Source: a virus
Lineage: Duplodnaviria > Caudoviricetes
Virus record (IMG/VR): IMGVR_UViG_3300037483_001330
Coordinates: 1 to 41,597 of that record
Reading direction: 5' to 3' (one strand)
Length of the DNA stretch: 41,597 nt
Part shown: positions 25,622 through 34,302 of the stretch, in pieces
Numbering within the stretch: position 1 is the stretch's first letter
Layout of the letters: every line of letters begins with the position of its first letter
Notes under the pieces: model-generated
What the model was told of the DNA's origin: nothing
Databases searched by the model: none
What the model saw: the letters and a program-made list of their open reading frames with translations, nothing else
Position numbers and translations under genes: made by a program

Positions 25622-25650
25622 ATTATATGTTTAATGTTTGTTGTTGTCAA
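25622..25650 (-). promoter_or_regulatory. Perfect-consensus sigma70 promoter of the toxin-antitoxin operon
   Basis: TTGACA (25650-25645), 17 bp, TATAAT (25627-25622). Confidence 0.85.
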
Positions 25651-25657
25651 AGGAAAT

Positions 25658-25900
25658 TTACAGGTTGGTTTTTTTTCTTGACCGGATAAGTTTCTGATCG
25701 GAAGTGTCGACATAGTACCAGCGGCGCGACGCTGCGCAAATACTGCAATGAATCACGGCGCTGCCTCTGATACTGCCTGAGGTAGCAGCATGATTGCATG
25801 ACTCATGGGTTTGTTGAGCGTCGCGGAAAAGGTGCAAAAAATTATTGTCGATGAATCCCAAAATATGCCCGTTGGGACAATGCCAGTAAACAGGGATCAT
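25658..25900 (-). CDS. Small zinc-ribbon protein (Mu Com-like arrangement)
   Basis: Likely start ATG 25900 (ATGA overlap); WHCPNGHILG...IHCSICAASRRW. Confidence 0.6.
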   Translation of the reverse strand: MIPVYWHCPNGHILGFIDNNFLHLFRDAQQTHESCNHAATSGSIRGSAVIHCSICAASRRWYYVDTSDQKLIRSRKKTNL

Positions 25901-26292
25901 GCGCGCTTTTTGCCTTTGTAAGGGGAGCATAGAAAACATTTTGAGCGGCGCGGATGATTGGTGACGAACCATTGACCGCAGGAACATTGGACAGCGTTTA
26001 GTACCTGAGTGCCGGCCGGGATTTCTCCGGAAATTGGATTTACTAGGGATGTTTGGGGCAGTCCGAGAACCAACCTGCTGCCGGCATGTTTCGGCTCATG
26101 GCCATTGTAAATACGCTGGATGGTTGCATGGCTGATTTGGTTGCCAAAATTTTCTTTTGCGATTCTGCGAAAGCTATTTTTAGCACGATAAAGTGCCGTG
26201 ATGTCTTCTCGTACCTGCTGAAAAGTGTACAGTGAGTGTACACCTGATTTTTGATGTTTGGCAGCTTTTGGCAACATGGTTGAGATGCTCAT
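25897..26292 (-). CDS. HTH plus zinc-finger protein
   Basis: SFRRIAKE...ISHATIQRIYNG (HTH-like); CSCG...CFLC. Confidence 0.6.
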   Translation of the reverse strand: MSISTMLPKAAKHQKSGVHSLYTFQQVREDITALYRAKNSFRRIAKENFGNQISHATIQRIYNGHEPKHAGSRLVLGLPQTSLVNPISGEIPAGTQVLNAVQCSCGQWFVTNHPRRSKCFLCSPYKGKKRA

Positions 26293-26846
26293 TTATAGAT
26301 GTGATTGACTAAGGCAGTTAATTTGTCTGCCAGTTCTTTTGCTTCTTCTACGGAAATGCGCGGATCAGCTAATGAGAAAATTGATAAAACTGTATCACGG
26401 GTTTGCGGCTGTGGTGTTGGGTTTGAGACGCGTTGTCCGTCTAAAAAACCTGAGGCTTTGCAGTTCTGCTGAAATTCTTCGATGCGATGGCGGAGATTAT
26501 CACACCATTCAAGTTCATTTTTACTGCCGTCAAAGTTAACAGCTGCGGCGTAGGTGGACAACCGGTAACCGGCAATCACCAGGTCTTTCGCAACTGACAG
26601 TTCTTTGTTCAATTGCTCAATTTCAGCGGTTAGTTGCTGAGTTTCTGCGGTTTCAATATCAGATTTTCCGGAAAAATACTCCAAAGTATTTTCCTGCATT
26701 TTATAATGCTTTTCCAGACGATCAAAAATCTGGTCTATATTTTTGGCATCTTTTACAATCGCATCGATTCTTGGGTGGGTGGTCATATTTTTTCCCTTAT
26801 CGTGGTCATTTTTCCATTTTTTATAGATTTCAAATTCACTCATCAT
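26289..26846 (-). CDS. Hypothetical protein (coiled coil)
   Basis: ATGA overlaps with both neighbours. Confidence 0.6.
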   Translation of the reverse strand: MMSEFEIYKKWKNDHDKGKNMTTHPRIDAIVKDAKNIDQIFDRLEKHYKMQENTLEYFSGKSDIETAETQQLTAEIEQLNKELSVAKDLVIAGYRLSTYAAAVNFDGSKNELEWCDNLRHRIEEFQQNCKASGFLDGQRVSNPTPQPQTRDTVLSIFSLADPRISVEEAKELADKLTALVNHIYK

Positions 26847-27088
26847 TCACCGTCCTGTTTATAAATCTCTTTTCCGCACATGGGGCAAAACCTCATGATT
26901 ATGGTTTTGTTTTTGCGTCTTGTTTTACCTGATTTTGTAGGTTCATCTGCTTTTACTCTAATGCCATAACCAGATCTATTACCTTTTCTCCAGTTATAAA
27001 GCAATGCAAAACTATCAGATAAATTTACGTGCTGCTGTTTTGCTAACTCTAAAAAACATACATGTTCTTGTGTATCAAGGTTTTCCAT
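26843..27088 (-). CDS. Hypothetical protein with C-terminal FCPMCG
   Basis: SD GGAGG; coupled to neighbours. Confidence 0.6.
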   Translation of the reverse strand: MENLDTQEHVCFLELAKQQHVNLSDSFALLYNWRKGNRSGYGIRVKADEPTKSGKTRRKNKTIIMRFCPMCGKEIYKQDGE

Positions 27089-27186
27089 TATTCGCTGTCC
27101 TCCGCCGGTCTAAACATACTAAGATAGGTACGGACAACCACCCATAAAATTAGTGCGAGGATTAGAGGGATTAGGCATTTCATCAT
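27088..27186 (-). CDS. 32-aa single-pass membrane peptide (not in ORF track)
   Basis: MMKCLIPLILALILWVVVRTYLSMFRPAEDSE; fills the gap exactly with ATGA and TAATG overlaps. Confidence 0.6.
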   Translation of the reverse strand: MMKCLIPLILALILWVVVRTYLSMFRPAEDSE

Positions 27187-27410
27187 TCCCTGCCTGCTTT
27201 CAATTGCTTGATAAAATCTATTATGTCCATCAAACAACCTGCACTATAAACAGCCTGGACAGTTGGAAAATAGCTGTACTGCCGCCATGCAGGATACCAT
27301 TTAACTATTCCTAATTCTTCTTTACTGCGGTTATTTCTTACACTCCATACGCTGGTTATTTTCTTCTGGTCGGTTTTTATAAAATGAATAAATTCATATT
27401 CTGTTTTCAT
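27183..27410 (-). CDS. Hypothetical phage protein
   Basis: SD AGGAGG; LGIVKWYPAWRQY...CLMDIIDFI. Confidence 0.65.
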   Translation of the reverse strand: MKTEYEFIHFIKTDQKKITSVWSVRNNRSKEELGIVKWYPAWRQYSYFPTVQAVYSAGCLMDIIDFIKQLKAGRE

Positions 27411-28089
27411 TCAATCCTCCTATCAATTCTCTTGCAGCATCAAGCAATTCTCCATTGACGCGCCAAGATAATTCTCCTTCTTGATCCGCAAGCATGCAGG
27501 CATCGTATAAATTTTTGAGAGCTGTTTTCAGATCTTCGATACTTTTTTGTTTGGTTTTTACTCTCACAAAATAGCTGGCAAGTTTGGACGAAAGAGTTGC
27601 ATTATCCGCTTGAACCCGCTCGATCTCGTCAAGGGCATCAATATATTGTTTTTTACTTACTACTGTCATTCCCATTTCGTACAGGTGTGATCTTAAAAAC
27701 TCCCGTTGTCTAAATATAAAATCCGCCGTAAACTTCGTGTTCTCAGTCATTATTTTATTAAATCTTGATGGTGACCAATCGCAGGTTGTGTTAGTTTCTT
27801 TTGCGCCAAACAAAGCGATACAGCGCGTAAAATGGTAACAATCATTACAGGTTTCGCCTTCTGGCAATTTCATATCGTCGCTCATCTCTCCCCTCCCTGG
27901 GGATGTTATTTGGATTAGTCCTATCCACCGACGCTTTCCTTCTGCTTGGGCCAGCTCAGCTCGTAGTTTTTCATTTTCATTACGCAATTGTGATATTTCT
28001 CGAACAACTAAATTGATTGAACGTCTAGAAAATATTTCACGACCGTTTCTAAATTCTGAAATAAAAGCATCAACAGTATTTATTTTCAT
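27394..28089 (-). CDS. Hypothetical protein, probably a fusion with an internal start at 27885
   Basis: Internal SD GGGAGGGGAG before MSDDMKLPEGETCNDCYHF. Confidence 0.55.
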   Translation of the reverse strand: MKINTVDAFISEFRNGREIFSRRSINLVVREISQLRNENEKLRAELAQAEGKRRWIGLIQITSPGRGEMSDDMKLPEGETCNDCYHFTRCIALFGAKETNTTCDWSPSRFNKIMTENTKFTADFIFRQREFLRSHLYEMGMTVVSKKQYIDALDEIERVQADNATLSSKLASYFVRVKTKQKSIEDLKTALKNLYDACMLADQEGELSWRVNGELLDAARELIGGLNENRI

Positions 28090-28268
28090 TTCCTGTTTCT
28101 CCTACGGCTTTTCTTAGCCTGCAGCCTTTTTGCCCGCGCCTTTTTTTCTAACTGTTTATCGCGTTCAATTTCTTCCTGGTCAATCCAATGTTTTTTACTT
28201 CTAACCGGCTTGGTTTCTGTGGATTGACCAATCATGTTCGCCATTGTTATTAATACTTCTGGGTTCAT
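28086..28268 (-). CDS. Small basic hypothetical protein
   Basis: Likely start MNPEV (28268) with SD AAAGGA; ends KKSRRRNRK. Confidence 0.5.
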   Translation of the reverse strand: MNPEVLITMANMIGQSTETKPVRSKKHWIDQEEIERDKQLEKKARAKRLQAKKSRRRNRK

Positions 28269-28269
28269 C

Positions 28270-28944
28270 TCAATCTTCCTTTCCGTACCTGATGTAGAAT
28301 CTGTTTTTATTCCCGTCTTTCCGGATTTTGCACCAGTCACGCTCGAAATCGCGCAGTGCCTTTACCAAGCTGGTTTTGATCGAGTGGTAATGATGTCTGC
28401 CGTCCAGTTTTTTGATCAGTTCTGTCAGGTCAATACCCGGGTTGTGCTTAATAATTTGTTTCACAGAATCCATTGTTTGTTTATACGGCGTGTAGTATCC
28501 GCCATTGCTACTACCTGCAACACTGTATGATTTGGGGTAAGTTTCTAATCGCTCCAGAAAATGTTTAGCATATCTGGCATACTCCCTCATAAGCTTTGGC
28601 CGGATCACCTCATCAATCGAATATCCATAGTAAGATTGTGTAATTTCCAAAATTCCGATTTTGAAATGTTTTGCAAGGTCAGCTTCTATTCCACTGTCTC
28701 TGCGACCAGCGAAATAACCTTTTTTTCCCGGAACGGCTATTGACCTGTAATGTACCTGCCATTTTCTGGCCTGGTCGATCACTTTTATTCCAAATGAAGT
28801 TTTGGTTTCGATTATCCAAACTATGTTATGTCTGACCGCGACAATATCAGCAATTGATTCTCCATAATTCACTTCCTGCCAAACCTCCCAGTGTTGCGCT
28901 GTCAACCAATCGATTACTATTTGTGCCAGTTCAGTTTCTTTCAT
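28270..28944 (-). CDS. PD-(D/E)XK nuclease-fold protein (MmcB-like) with C-terminal winged-helix-like region
   Basis: EVWQEV...IADIVAV...WIIETKTS...QA. Confidence 0.7.
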   Translation of the reverse strand: MKETELAQIVIDWLTAQHWEVWQEVNYGESIADIVAVRHNIVWIIETKTSFGIKVIDQARKWQVHYRSIAVPGKKGYFAGRRDSGIEADLAKHFKIGILEITQSYYGYSIDEVIRPKLMREYARYAKHFLERLETYPKSYSVAGSSNGGYYTPYKQTMDSVKQIIKHNPGIDLTELIKKLDGRHHYHSIKTSLVKALRDFERDWCKIRKDGNKNRFYIRYGKED

Positions 28945-28948
28945 GATC

Positions 28949-29173
28949 CTACCTTTTTGGGCTTAGTTCAGGTCTGTGAAAATAACCGTCTTTGATGGCT
29001 GTTTGGTCGCAGGAGGAGCGGACAACTTCGTTGAATTCGTCAATATTGAATGTGCAAACATGGATCTGTCTTGAAAGGTTATCTGCATTTATCCGGTCGG
29101 ACAATTCGAATACGTTCATGGGGTGGTGCTGCATCTGGCAATAAAAACAGGTTTCCATCGTTTCCCCTTTCAA
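28949..29173 (-). CDS. Hypothetical protein
   Basis: CFYC...HVC...C; fits the operon; start may be 29158. Confidence 0.5.
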   Translation of the reverse strand: MKGETMETCFYCQMQHHPMNVFELSDRINADNLSRQIHVCTFNIDEFNEVVRSSCDQTAIKDGYFHRPELSPKR

Positions 29174-29397
29174 GAAAAATCATCGATATCATTTTCAATA
29201 CATGCCAAAAAAGAATTTTTAGCCCATTGCCTGAGATCCTTGTCGTGATTTGGTTTTGGATCTCTATCAAAATCCTTTTTCACCCATTCAAGAACGTTTT
29301 TTTCATAGAATGAAAGCAAGGCAATTGTTATTTGTTCGGCACGAGAAATTTTTATTAATCCAAAACGCTTCAGTATTTTATTTAATAGTTTTCTCAT
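29170..29397 (-). CDS. Hypothetical protein
   Basis: Tightly packed in the minus-strand operon. Confidence 0.5.
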   Translation of the reverse strand: MRKLLNKILKRFGLIKISRAEQITIALLSFYEKNVLEWVKKDFDRDPKPNHDKDLRQWAKNSFLACIENDIDDFS

Positions 29398-29686
29398 TTA
29401 TTTTTTCCCATTCTTTTTTCCACGCATCTGTCCAATCGACTTCAGTACATTTCCAGTTGTATTTTTCCCGGTTGTCGATAAACCCCATACGCTGCGCAAT
29501 ATCTTTTTCCACCTGGCCGTCATCAAGGTAAGCACCAAGCAGCGCGAGATCAATTTCGCAAATGTTTGGATCATCAACCAGCATGTCCTCGTTATATTTT
29601 TTACAGCGTTCGCAATTGGATGCCTGCCAGTCAGAAAATTGAGACCCGTTTGCAAAGGGACTGTATTTTTCAGGTTTGATTGCCAT
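29378..29686 (-). CDS. Hypothetical Cys-containing phage protein
   Basis: PFANGSQF..WQASNCERC...CEI...WKC. Confidence 0.6.
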   Translation of the reverse strand: MAIKPEKYSPFANGSQFSDWQASNCERCKKYNEDMLVDDPNICEIDLALLGAYLDDGQVEKDIAQRMGFIDNREKYNWKCTEVDWTDAWKKEWEKINEKTIK

Positions 29687-29707
29687 GTTTTACCTACGGT
29701 TCATTTT

Positions 29708-30121
29708 CTAGAAATTGTGCCAAAGGTTGACATTACCTTCATCGTTTTCGTCACCTTGATCATTTTCATCATCTTCAATGTCTTCAATGTCTTCTAATAA
29801 AAAATTTGTGTCTTGGCGGATAATAGTTTTTTCCGGCAGCAGTTCGTAGGCTTGAATCGGTCTTGAATAGTTTCTGGCACAAAAAGCGGTGGCAATTTCT
29901 TGGCTGCATGGGGTAATGGAGTAAATCGCATTTTGACCGAACAGCCTGGTAAAAGCCGGCTGCCCTTCAGTTTCAGGAACATCGATTCGAATAAATCCCT
30001 GACCAGCAATGGTTTGTTCAGTAACACGTCCCGCCATTTTTAGATGGCCAAACAATTCAAGCAGTGCCCAGGTGTCAAATGTTGAACTTTCTGTAGTTTT
30101 ATACGGTTGTTTTGTTTCCAT
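29708..30121 (-). CDS. Conserved-looking hypothetical phage protein
   Basis: WALLELFGH..AGRVTEQTIAG..FIRIDVP...AIYSITP; acidic tail. Confidence 0.65.
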   Translation of the reverse strand: METKQPYKTTESSTFDTWALLELFGHLKMAGRVTEQTIAGQGFIRIDVPETEGQPAFTRLFGQNAIYSITPCSQEIATAFCARNYSRPIQAYELLPEKTIIRQDTNFLLEDIEDIEDDENDQGDENDEGNVNLWHNF

Positions 30122-30132
30122 TACTTTTCTCC

Positions 30133-32715
30133 TCAGCTTAAAGTTTCTATTAATCTTTTCAGGATCATTTCCATAACCGGAGGGGTGACTGCATTCCCGT
30201 ATTGTTTGACACGGTCCCGTTCCGTGCCCAAAACCACATAATCATCCGAGAAAGCCATTGCCCTTCCGACCTCGTGAGATTTCAACATTCGAAAAGTGAG
30301 GTCATCAACGGTCAAACCTTGCAAAGCACCGATTAATCCGGCTTTATGAACACCGGTAATGGTGTGGATTGGCTCGGTCAAACCGCTGGCATTGTGCGTG
30401 CCGTAGTAATATGTCAGGAAGGCATCGGCTGACACTAATCCGTGGTGGCCACCGCCTGCGGTCACGCACATCAAAGGTTCATCGATCCCGGCAGCTTTTG
30501 ATTGTCCGCGCAATTCTGCAATGAAAGCCGGGGGAGTAGATAAAAGCGCGTGATGATCCATTGTTGTTATGGTGCCAAACGGATCATCCAACCCAAGCGC
30601 TTTATGTTTTGGATCCCCGCCATATTGCTTGCTGAGAAATCCAACCAATCCCATTGTTTGCCGAGTAGTTTGGGTGTAATCCGGATCCGAAGCGCTAATT
30701 GTGAGATGATCAGAAGCCTGCGTGTGTCCAGTTTCTACCAACCAGGGAAAAACAACGGCATGACTGGAATCACCAGGTTGTGTAGGCATTGGATCGGTAA
30801 CAGCATTCTTGACCCTGCAATCGATCCCACTGGTATACCGGCCGGTCACGATAAGCGGGTTGCGACCATACTTTTCCAGCCCGTATTTAATTCTCTCCAT
30901 CGTTTTTGGTTTGAGCGGAATTTTCCGGTCACCAATCCGTTGGGAAATGATGGACCAATCGATAGCATTGAATGCTGCGTAATAATAGGGATGCACTTCC
31001 AGGTTGCAATTTGGGCAGCGGTAAAAATATTGCGCTTTATAACGGCCCCAATGTTTTTGTTTTTTCCAGGTCTGGATTGCTTTTACCGTTTTGCCGCAGT
31101 GATTGCATGGTGCAATTGGTCGAATATCGAGATCCGGAATTGTATTTCCACGTTTCCAGAAAACGGTGTACATCCGGTCGCGGCTTTGCGGTGTTGGCCA
31201 GGCAAACATACTGTTGAAATAAACCGCCTTATGGTCATAACCCAGGGCGTGCATGGCTGACAACCAACTATCCCATAAACGCCATTTGCCGGCATCGACC
31301 ACATTTTCGACAACGATAATTTCATAATCATGGTATTCGGCAAATCTGGGCACATCCCACATGGTTGCCCGGCTGCGTTCCTCTGCAGGGTCAATCAGCA
31401 CATTGTCGAAAATGTCACGCTCGTAAAATCTGCGCGGTTTTCCTTTGGCCAGGCTGTGATTTGTACAATTGGCGACTACGATGCCCTCTACTACGTAACT
31501 ATGATCATCAGCGACTTCAAGATTATAGACTTCGATATTTCTTTGGCCTGGCTTGATACTCTTAATGAGTGACCACGAGTGATCAGCATCCTCAAATGCA
31601 CTGCGCTCTGAGGCGTTGTTTTCCCAAGCAACTGCCCAGATCGGCAGTGTATTTACATGACGGCCTTCGATGATGTTGGTATGCTGTTCGTATCGATAGA
31701 TGCCTGCTCGGTAACCCAGGCTTTCAGCCAGCATGCGCATGCCCAGGGCAAGTGCTTTCGAGACTGTGTCGGCGCGCGTACGACGTATTCCGCGATGACC
31801 ATCTGCGGATAGATAACCCTCTAACAGTGCCCCTCTAAGTGATTTAGGCATTTCCAGAATCCAGCCAGGAAGATATTTATGTTCTGCCCCGCGGCCGAAA
31901 TACTGAGACAACCATTTCCCTTGCTGTCGGTCATAAAGTACAAAATTCATTGCTGTGCGTTTGCGATAGGCTCTCCAATTTCCGCCCGTGACGTACAGTT
32001 GAGATTCCAGATTGGCAGCTTTATGATAGCCGCATGAAATAACAACTTCTCCATCACCTCCGAGCGATCCATCACCGAGCCACCGGCCAACAAGCCACCA
32101 TGCAATTTCTTCGTTTTCTCCGAAACCCACTGGCATCGGCCAAGCTTCAGCGATAACTTTAATAGGAGTACACCATCGGTAAGTGCCTCTGGCCAAATCT
32201 TCGGCAGCAAGCCATTCCGGATCCCCGTAAATTCGCCGGTTATAGTCGCGCTTACGGTTATCCCATTCCTGTGATTGAGTGCGAACATAAAAGCGATGGT
32301 TTGGTGTTACCTCGATACCTACTGTATGACCCTGTCCCCTGATGATTACAGTGTCTCCAATGCTCTTTTGGGTTCGAACGACGGGTCGCCAGCGATTCAA
32401 ATGTGTTAGCACGCGATCTCCTATTTTCACCTCTTCGATGGGTTTGAAGCCTGTTTTTGTCAGTACAAGGGATCCTGCAGGAAAGCACTCAGGCGACGTG
32501 ATCAAAATATTGGTAGATGGATATCTGCGCGGATCGGTTGCTGAAATATCGGTACAGACATGGTCTACATTTGGAAAATTTGAATTATGTGTTTCAATTG
32601 CCAGTTTCCAGTGATTCATTGCTAATTTGATTTCCGCACCGGCACGCGTTGCTCCGATGGATGATCCGCCGGCTCCGCAGAATTGATCTGTTACGGTCAG
32701 ATAGGAGTTTTTCAT
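30133..32715 (-). CDS. DNA (cytosine-5) methyltransferase containing an intein
   Basis: Motif I DQFCGAGG; motif IV SPE|C interrupted by the intein; ENV; PQSRDR; RMLKSHE; KQYGNAVTPP. Confidence 0.92.
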   Translation of the reverse strand: MKNSYLTVTDQFCGAGGSSIGATRAGAEIKLAMNHWKLAIETHNSNFPNVDHVCTDISATDPRRYPSTNILITSPECFPAGSLVLTKTGFKPIEEVKIGDRVLTHLNRWRPVVRTQKSIGDTVIIRGQGHTVGIEVTPNHRFYVRTQSQEWDNRKRDYNRRIYGDPEWLAAEDLARGTYRWCTPIKVIAEAWPMPVGFGENEEIAWWLVGRWLGDGSLGGDGEVVISCGYHKAANLESQLYVTGGNWRAYRKRTAMNFVLYDRQQGKWLSQYFGRGAEHKYLPGWILEMPKSLRGALLEGYLSADGHRGIRRTRADTVSKALALGMRMLAESLGYRAGIYRYEQHTNIIEGRHVNTLPIWAVAWENNASERSAFEDADHSWSLIKSIKPGQRNIEVYNLEVADDHSYVVEGIVVANCTNHSLAKGKPRRFYERDIFDNVLIDPAEERSRATMWDVPRFAEYHDYEIIVVENVVDAGKWRLWDSWLSAMHALGYDHKAVYFNSMFAWPTPQSRDRMYTVFWKRGNTIPDLDIRPIAPCNHCGKTVKAIQTWKKQKHWGRYKAQYFYRCPNCNLEVHPYYYAAFNAIDWSIISQRIGDRKIPLKPKTMERIKYGLEKYGRNPLIVTGRYTSGIDCRVKNAVTDPMPTQPGDSSHAVVFPWLVETGHTQASDHLTISASDPDYTQTTRQTMGLVGFLSKQYGGDPKHKALGLDDPFGTITTMDHHALLSTPPAFIAELRGQSKAAGIDEPLMCVTAGGGHHGLVSADAFLTYYYGTHNASGLTEPIHTITGVHKAGLIGALQGLTVDDLTFRMLKSHEVGRAMAFSDDYVVLGTERDRVKQYGNAVTPPVMEMILKRLIETLS
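31468..32487 (-). mobile_element. 340-aa intein with LAGLIDADG homing endonuclease
   Basis: Starts CFPAGSLVLT; block B EVTPNHRF; LVGRWLGDGS and LLEGYLSADGH; ends VYNLEVADDHSYVVEGIVVAN|C. Confidence 0.93.
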
Positions 32716-33872
32716 TTGATATCCATTGATAATACTTTTTGCACCGCCATTGATTTTCCGTCTGTGTAAACCGGTTCCACAAATACATCGCCGTCAATGT
32801 CTTGGTCGCTCCATTTGTTCGGCCAGGTGTTCAACTTCCATAGTTCACGAATTCTATTTTCTTCCTCTTTGCAAATCAAATTCACACCGGCACGTTTTTG
32901 AATATCCAGCACAGTATTCAAACCGTATTCTCTGGCTGCCATTGTCAACGGTCCCAAGCGCTGGGCGTTTTTACCCCATTGGCCATCTTTGCGCATTTCA
33001 GGAACAGCTTTCCGCTTTCGGTACTTTGCCTGGGTCAATTCACGGTAAAGCGGCTTTAGCTCAAGTAACGGTCGTAAATGTTCCCAACGCGGCATTTTTA
33101 CCAACCGCTCAAGCGCCGTATCGTGATCAACAAGATTACATCCGACGCATCCGGTTCGTACATCTTCTTCGCCATAGATTGCGGCAATTCCGGAAGTGTC
33201 AAATCCGTGCCTGCTATCAAAATATAACCAATCGTAGACATGGCACAATCGCCAATGGAGAAGCGGAGCCAATGTATCTGCTACCGCCTCGGAACTGGCA
33301 TTTTGAAACCAACCCTGGCCACACTCGCCGGCGTCTTTAGAACAAGATATCGCAATACGCTGGTCTCTGGCGGCGCTTTCGCCTAAACGCACGCCGGTCA
33401 GCATCAGTAGTTTTTCATCACTGCTGGTACGTAAACTTTCCAGTGCCTGCAACATCGGCTCTACTTTTATTTGCGGTGTACACCAGCGAAAACGGTTTTT
33501 TGGTGGGGGAACACCGCGACCAAACATATAAACGTAAAACCTTTGATCAATTTCCGGTAAAACTACTCTGCTTTGAATGAAATCTGTTTTGTTCAATTCT
33601 CTCAAAATCTGAACTGCGTTATCCCGTAATGGAGGCAGTTCCATCCGGGTATCTGCATACAGAACCGTAAGAGTTTCTGGTTTTATAACCAATCTGGAAT
33701 TGATAGCCCAAACAACAAAGGTTAGTGTAGCCGTAGAATCCTTGCCTCCGGAATAAGCCAATGCCCAATGTTTGTAACGGGCTCCATACTCATTCAAAGA
33801 CGCGATACTCAATTGCACAGCATCATCCAGTTGCATACGGTAGTTGTCAAAAAGGGATGCTTGTTGTCTCAT
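32712..33872 (-). CDS. PAPS-reductase family / DndC-like protein
   Basis: PP-loop AYSGGKDST, YADT..E.P, PPPKNRFRWCT..IKVEP, GVRLGESAARD, RTGCVGC; likely start 33872 (ATGA overlap). Confidence 0.85.
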   Translation of the reverse strand: MRQQASLFDNYRMQLDDAVQLSIASLNEYGARYKHWALAYSGGKDSTATLTFVVWAINSRLVIKPETLTVLYADTRMELPPLRDNAVQILRELNKTDFIQSRVVLPEIDQRFYVYMFGRGVPPPKNRFRWCTPQIKVEPMLQALESLRTSSDEKLLMLTGVRLGESAARDQRIAISCSKDAGECGQGWFQNASSEAVADTLAPLLHWRLCHVYDWLYFDSRHGFDTSGIAAIYGEEDVRTGCVGCNLVDHDTALERLVKMPRWEHLRPLLELKPLYRELTQAKYRKRKAVPEMRKDGQWGKNAQRLGPLTMAAREYGLNTVLDIQKRAGVNLICKEEENRIRELWKLNTWPNKWSDQDIDGDVFVEPVYTDGKSMAVQKVLSMDIK

Positions 33873-34051
33873 TCTGTAAAACACTTTCCGATATGCCAGA
33901 TTTCTATAGCATTACCGTCTTCGTCCCATACGCCCTGCGTTTCACCTTTTTGTACAGATTGCGTTTCTGCCAGGTTTGAAGCCTGTGGCAAATCGTCAAA
34001 GAAGGGGTCATTTTTATCCGGAAAATCTAATGTTCCTACCTGGTATTTCAT
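33869..34051 (-). CDS. Hypothetical protein
   Basis: ATGA overlaps at both ends; SD GGAGG. Confidence 0.55.
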   Translation of the reverse strand: MKYQVGTLDFPDKNDPFFDDLPQASNLAETQSVQKGETQGVWDEDGNAIEIWHIGKCFTE

Positions 34052-34302
34052 GCCTCAGCCTCCTGCATCCAGGGTGAGCAATCTGTGCAAAAGTAAAATT
34101 GTTTTTTTGAGTAATTCTTGGTCAGCACGCCGTTGCGGTGGGTAAAATAGGCTCGCATCGCTTTGTAAATCACGTCGTGATCGGCATGGGATTCGAGCGC
34201 GCAGATCCACTCATCCAGCAGCCGTTGACCTTCTGGACAAAGCGTGATGAATACTTTTCTTGTAATGTAAACTCTGTTTTTTAGTATTTTATTTGTAACC
34301 AT
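34048..34302 (-). CDS. Hypothetical protein
   Basis: SD AAAGGA; coupled to the downstream gene. Confidence 0.55.
   Translation of the reverse strand: MVTNKILKNRVYITRKVFITLCPEGQRLLDEWICALESHADHDVIYKAMRAYFTHRNGVLTKNYSKKQFYFCTDCSPWMQEAEA

Noticed and set aside
30550-31260. 236-aa plus-strand ORF
   Set aside because: Antisense shadow of the methyltransferase, with no motifs or RBS.
32726-33340. 204-aa plus-strand ORF
   Set aside because: Antisense shadow of the DndC-like gene, with implausible composition.
32712-33872. Complete Dnd phosphorothioation system
   Set aside because: No DndA, DndB, DndD or DndE-like genes are present in the window.
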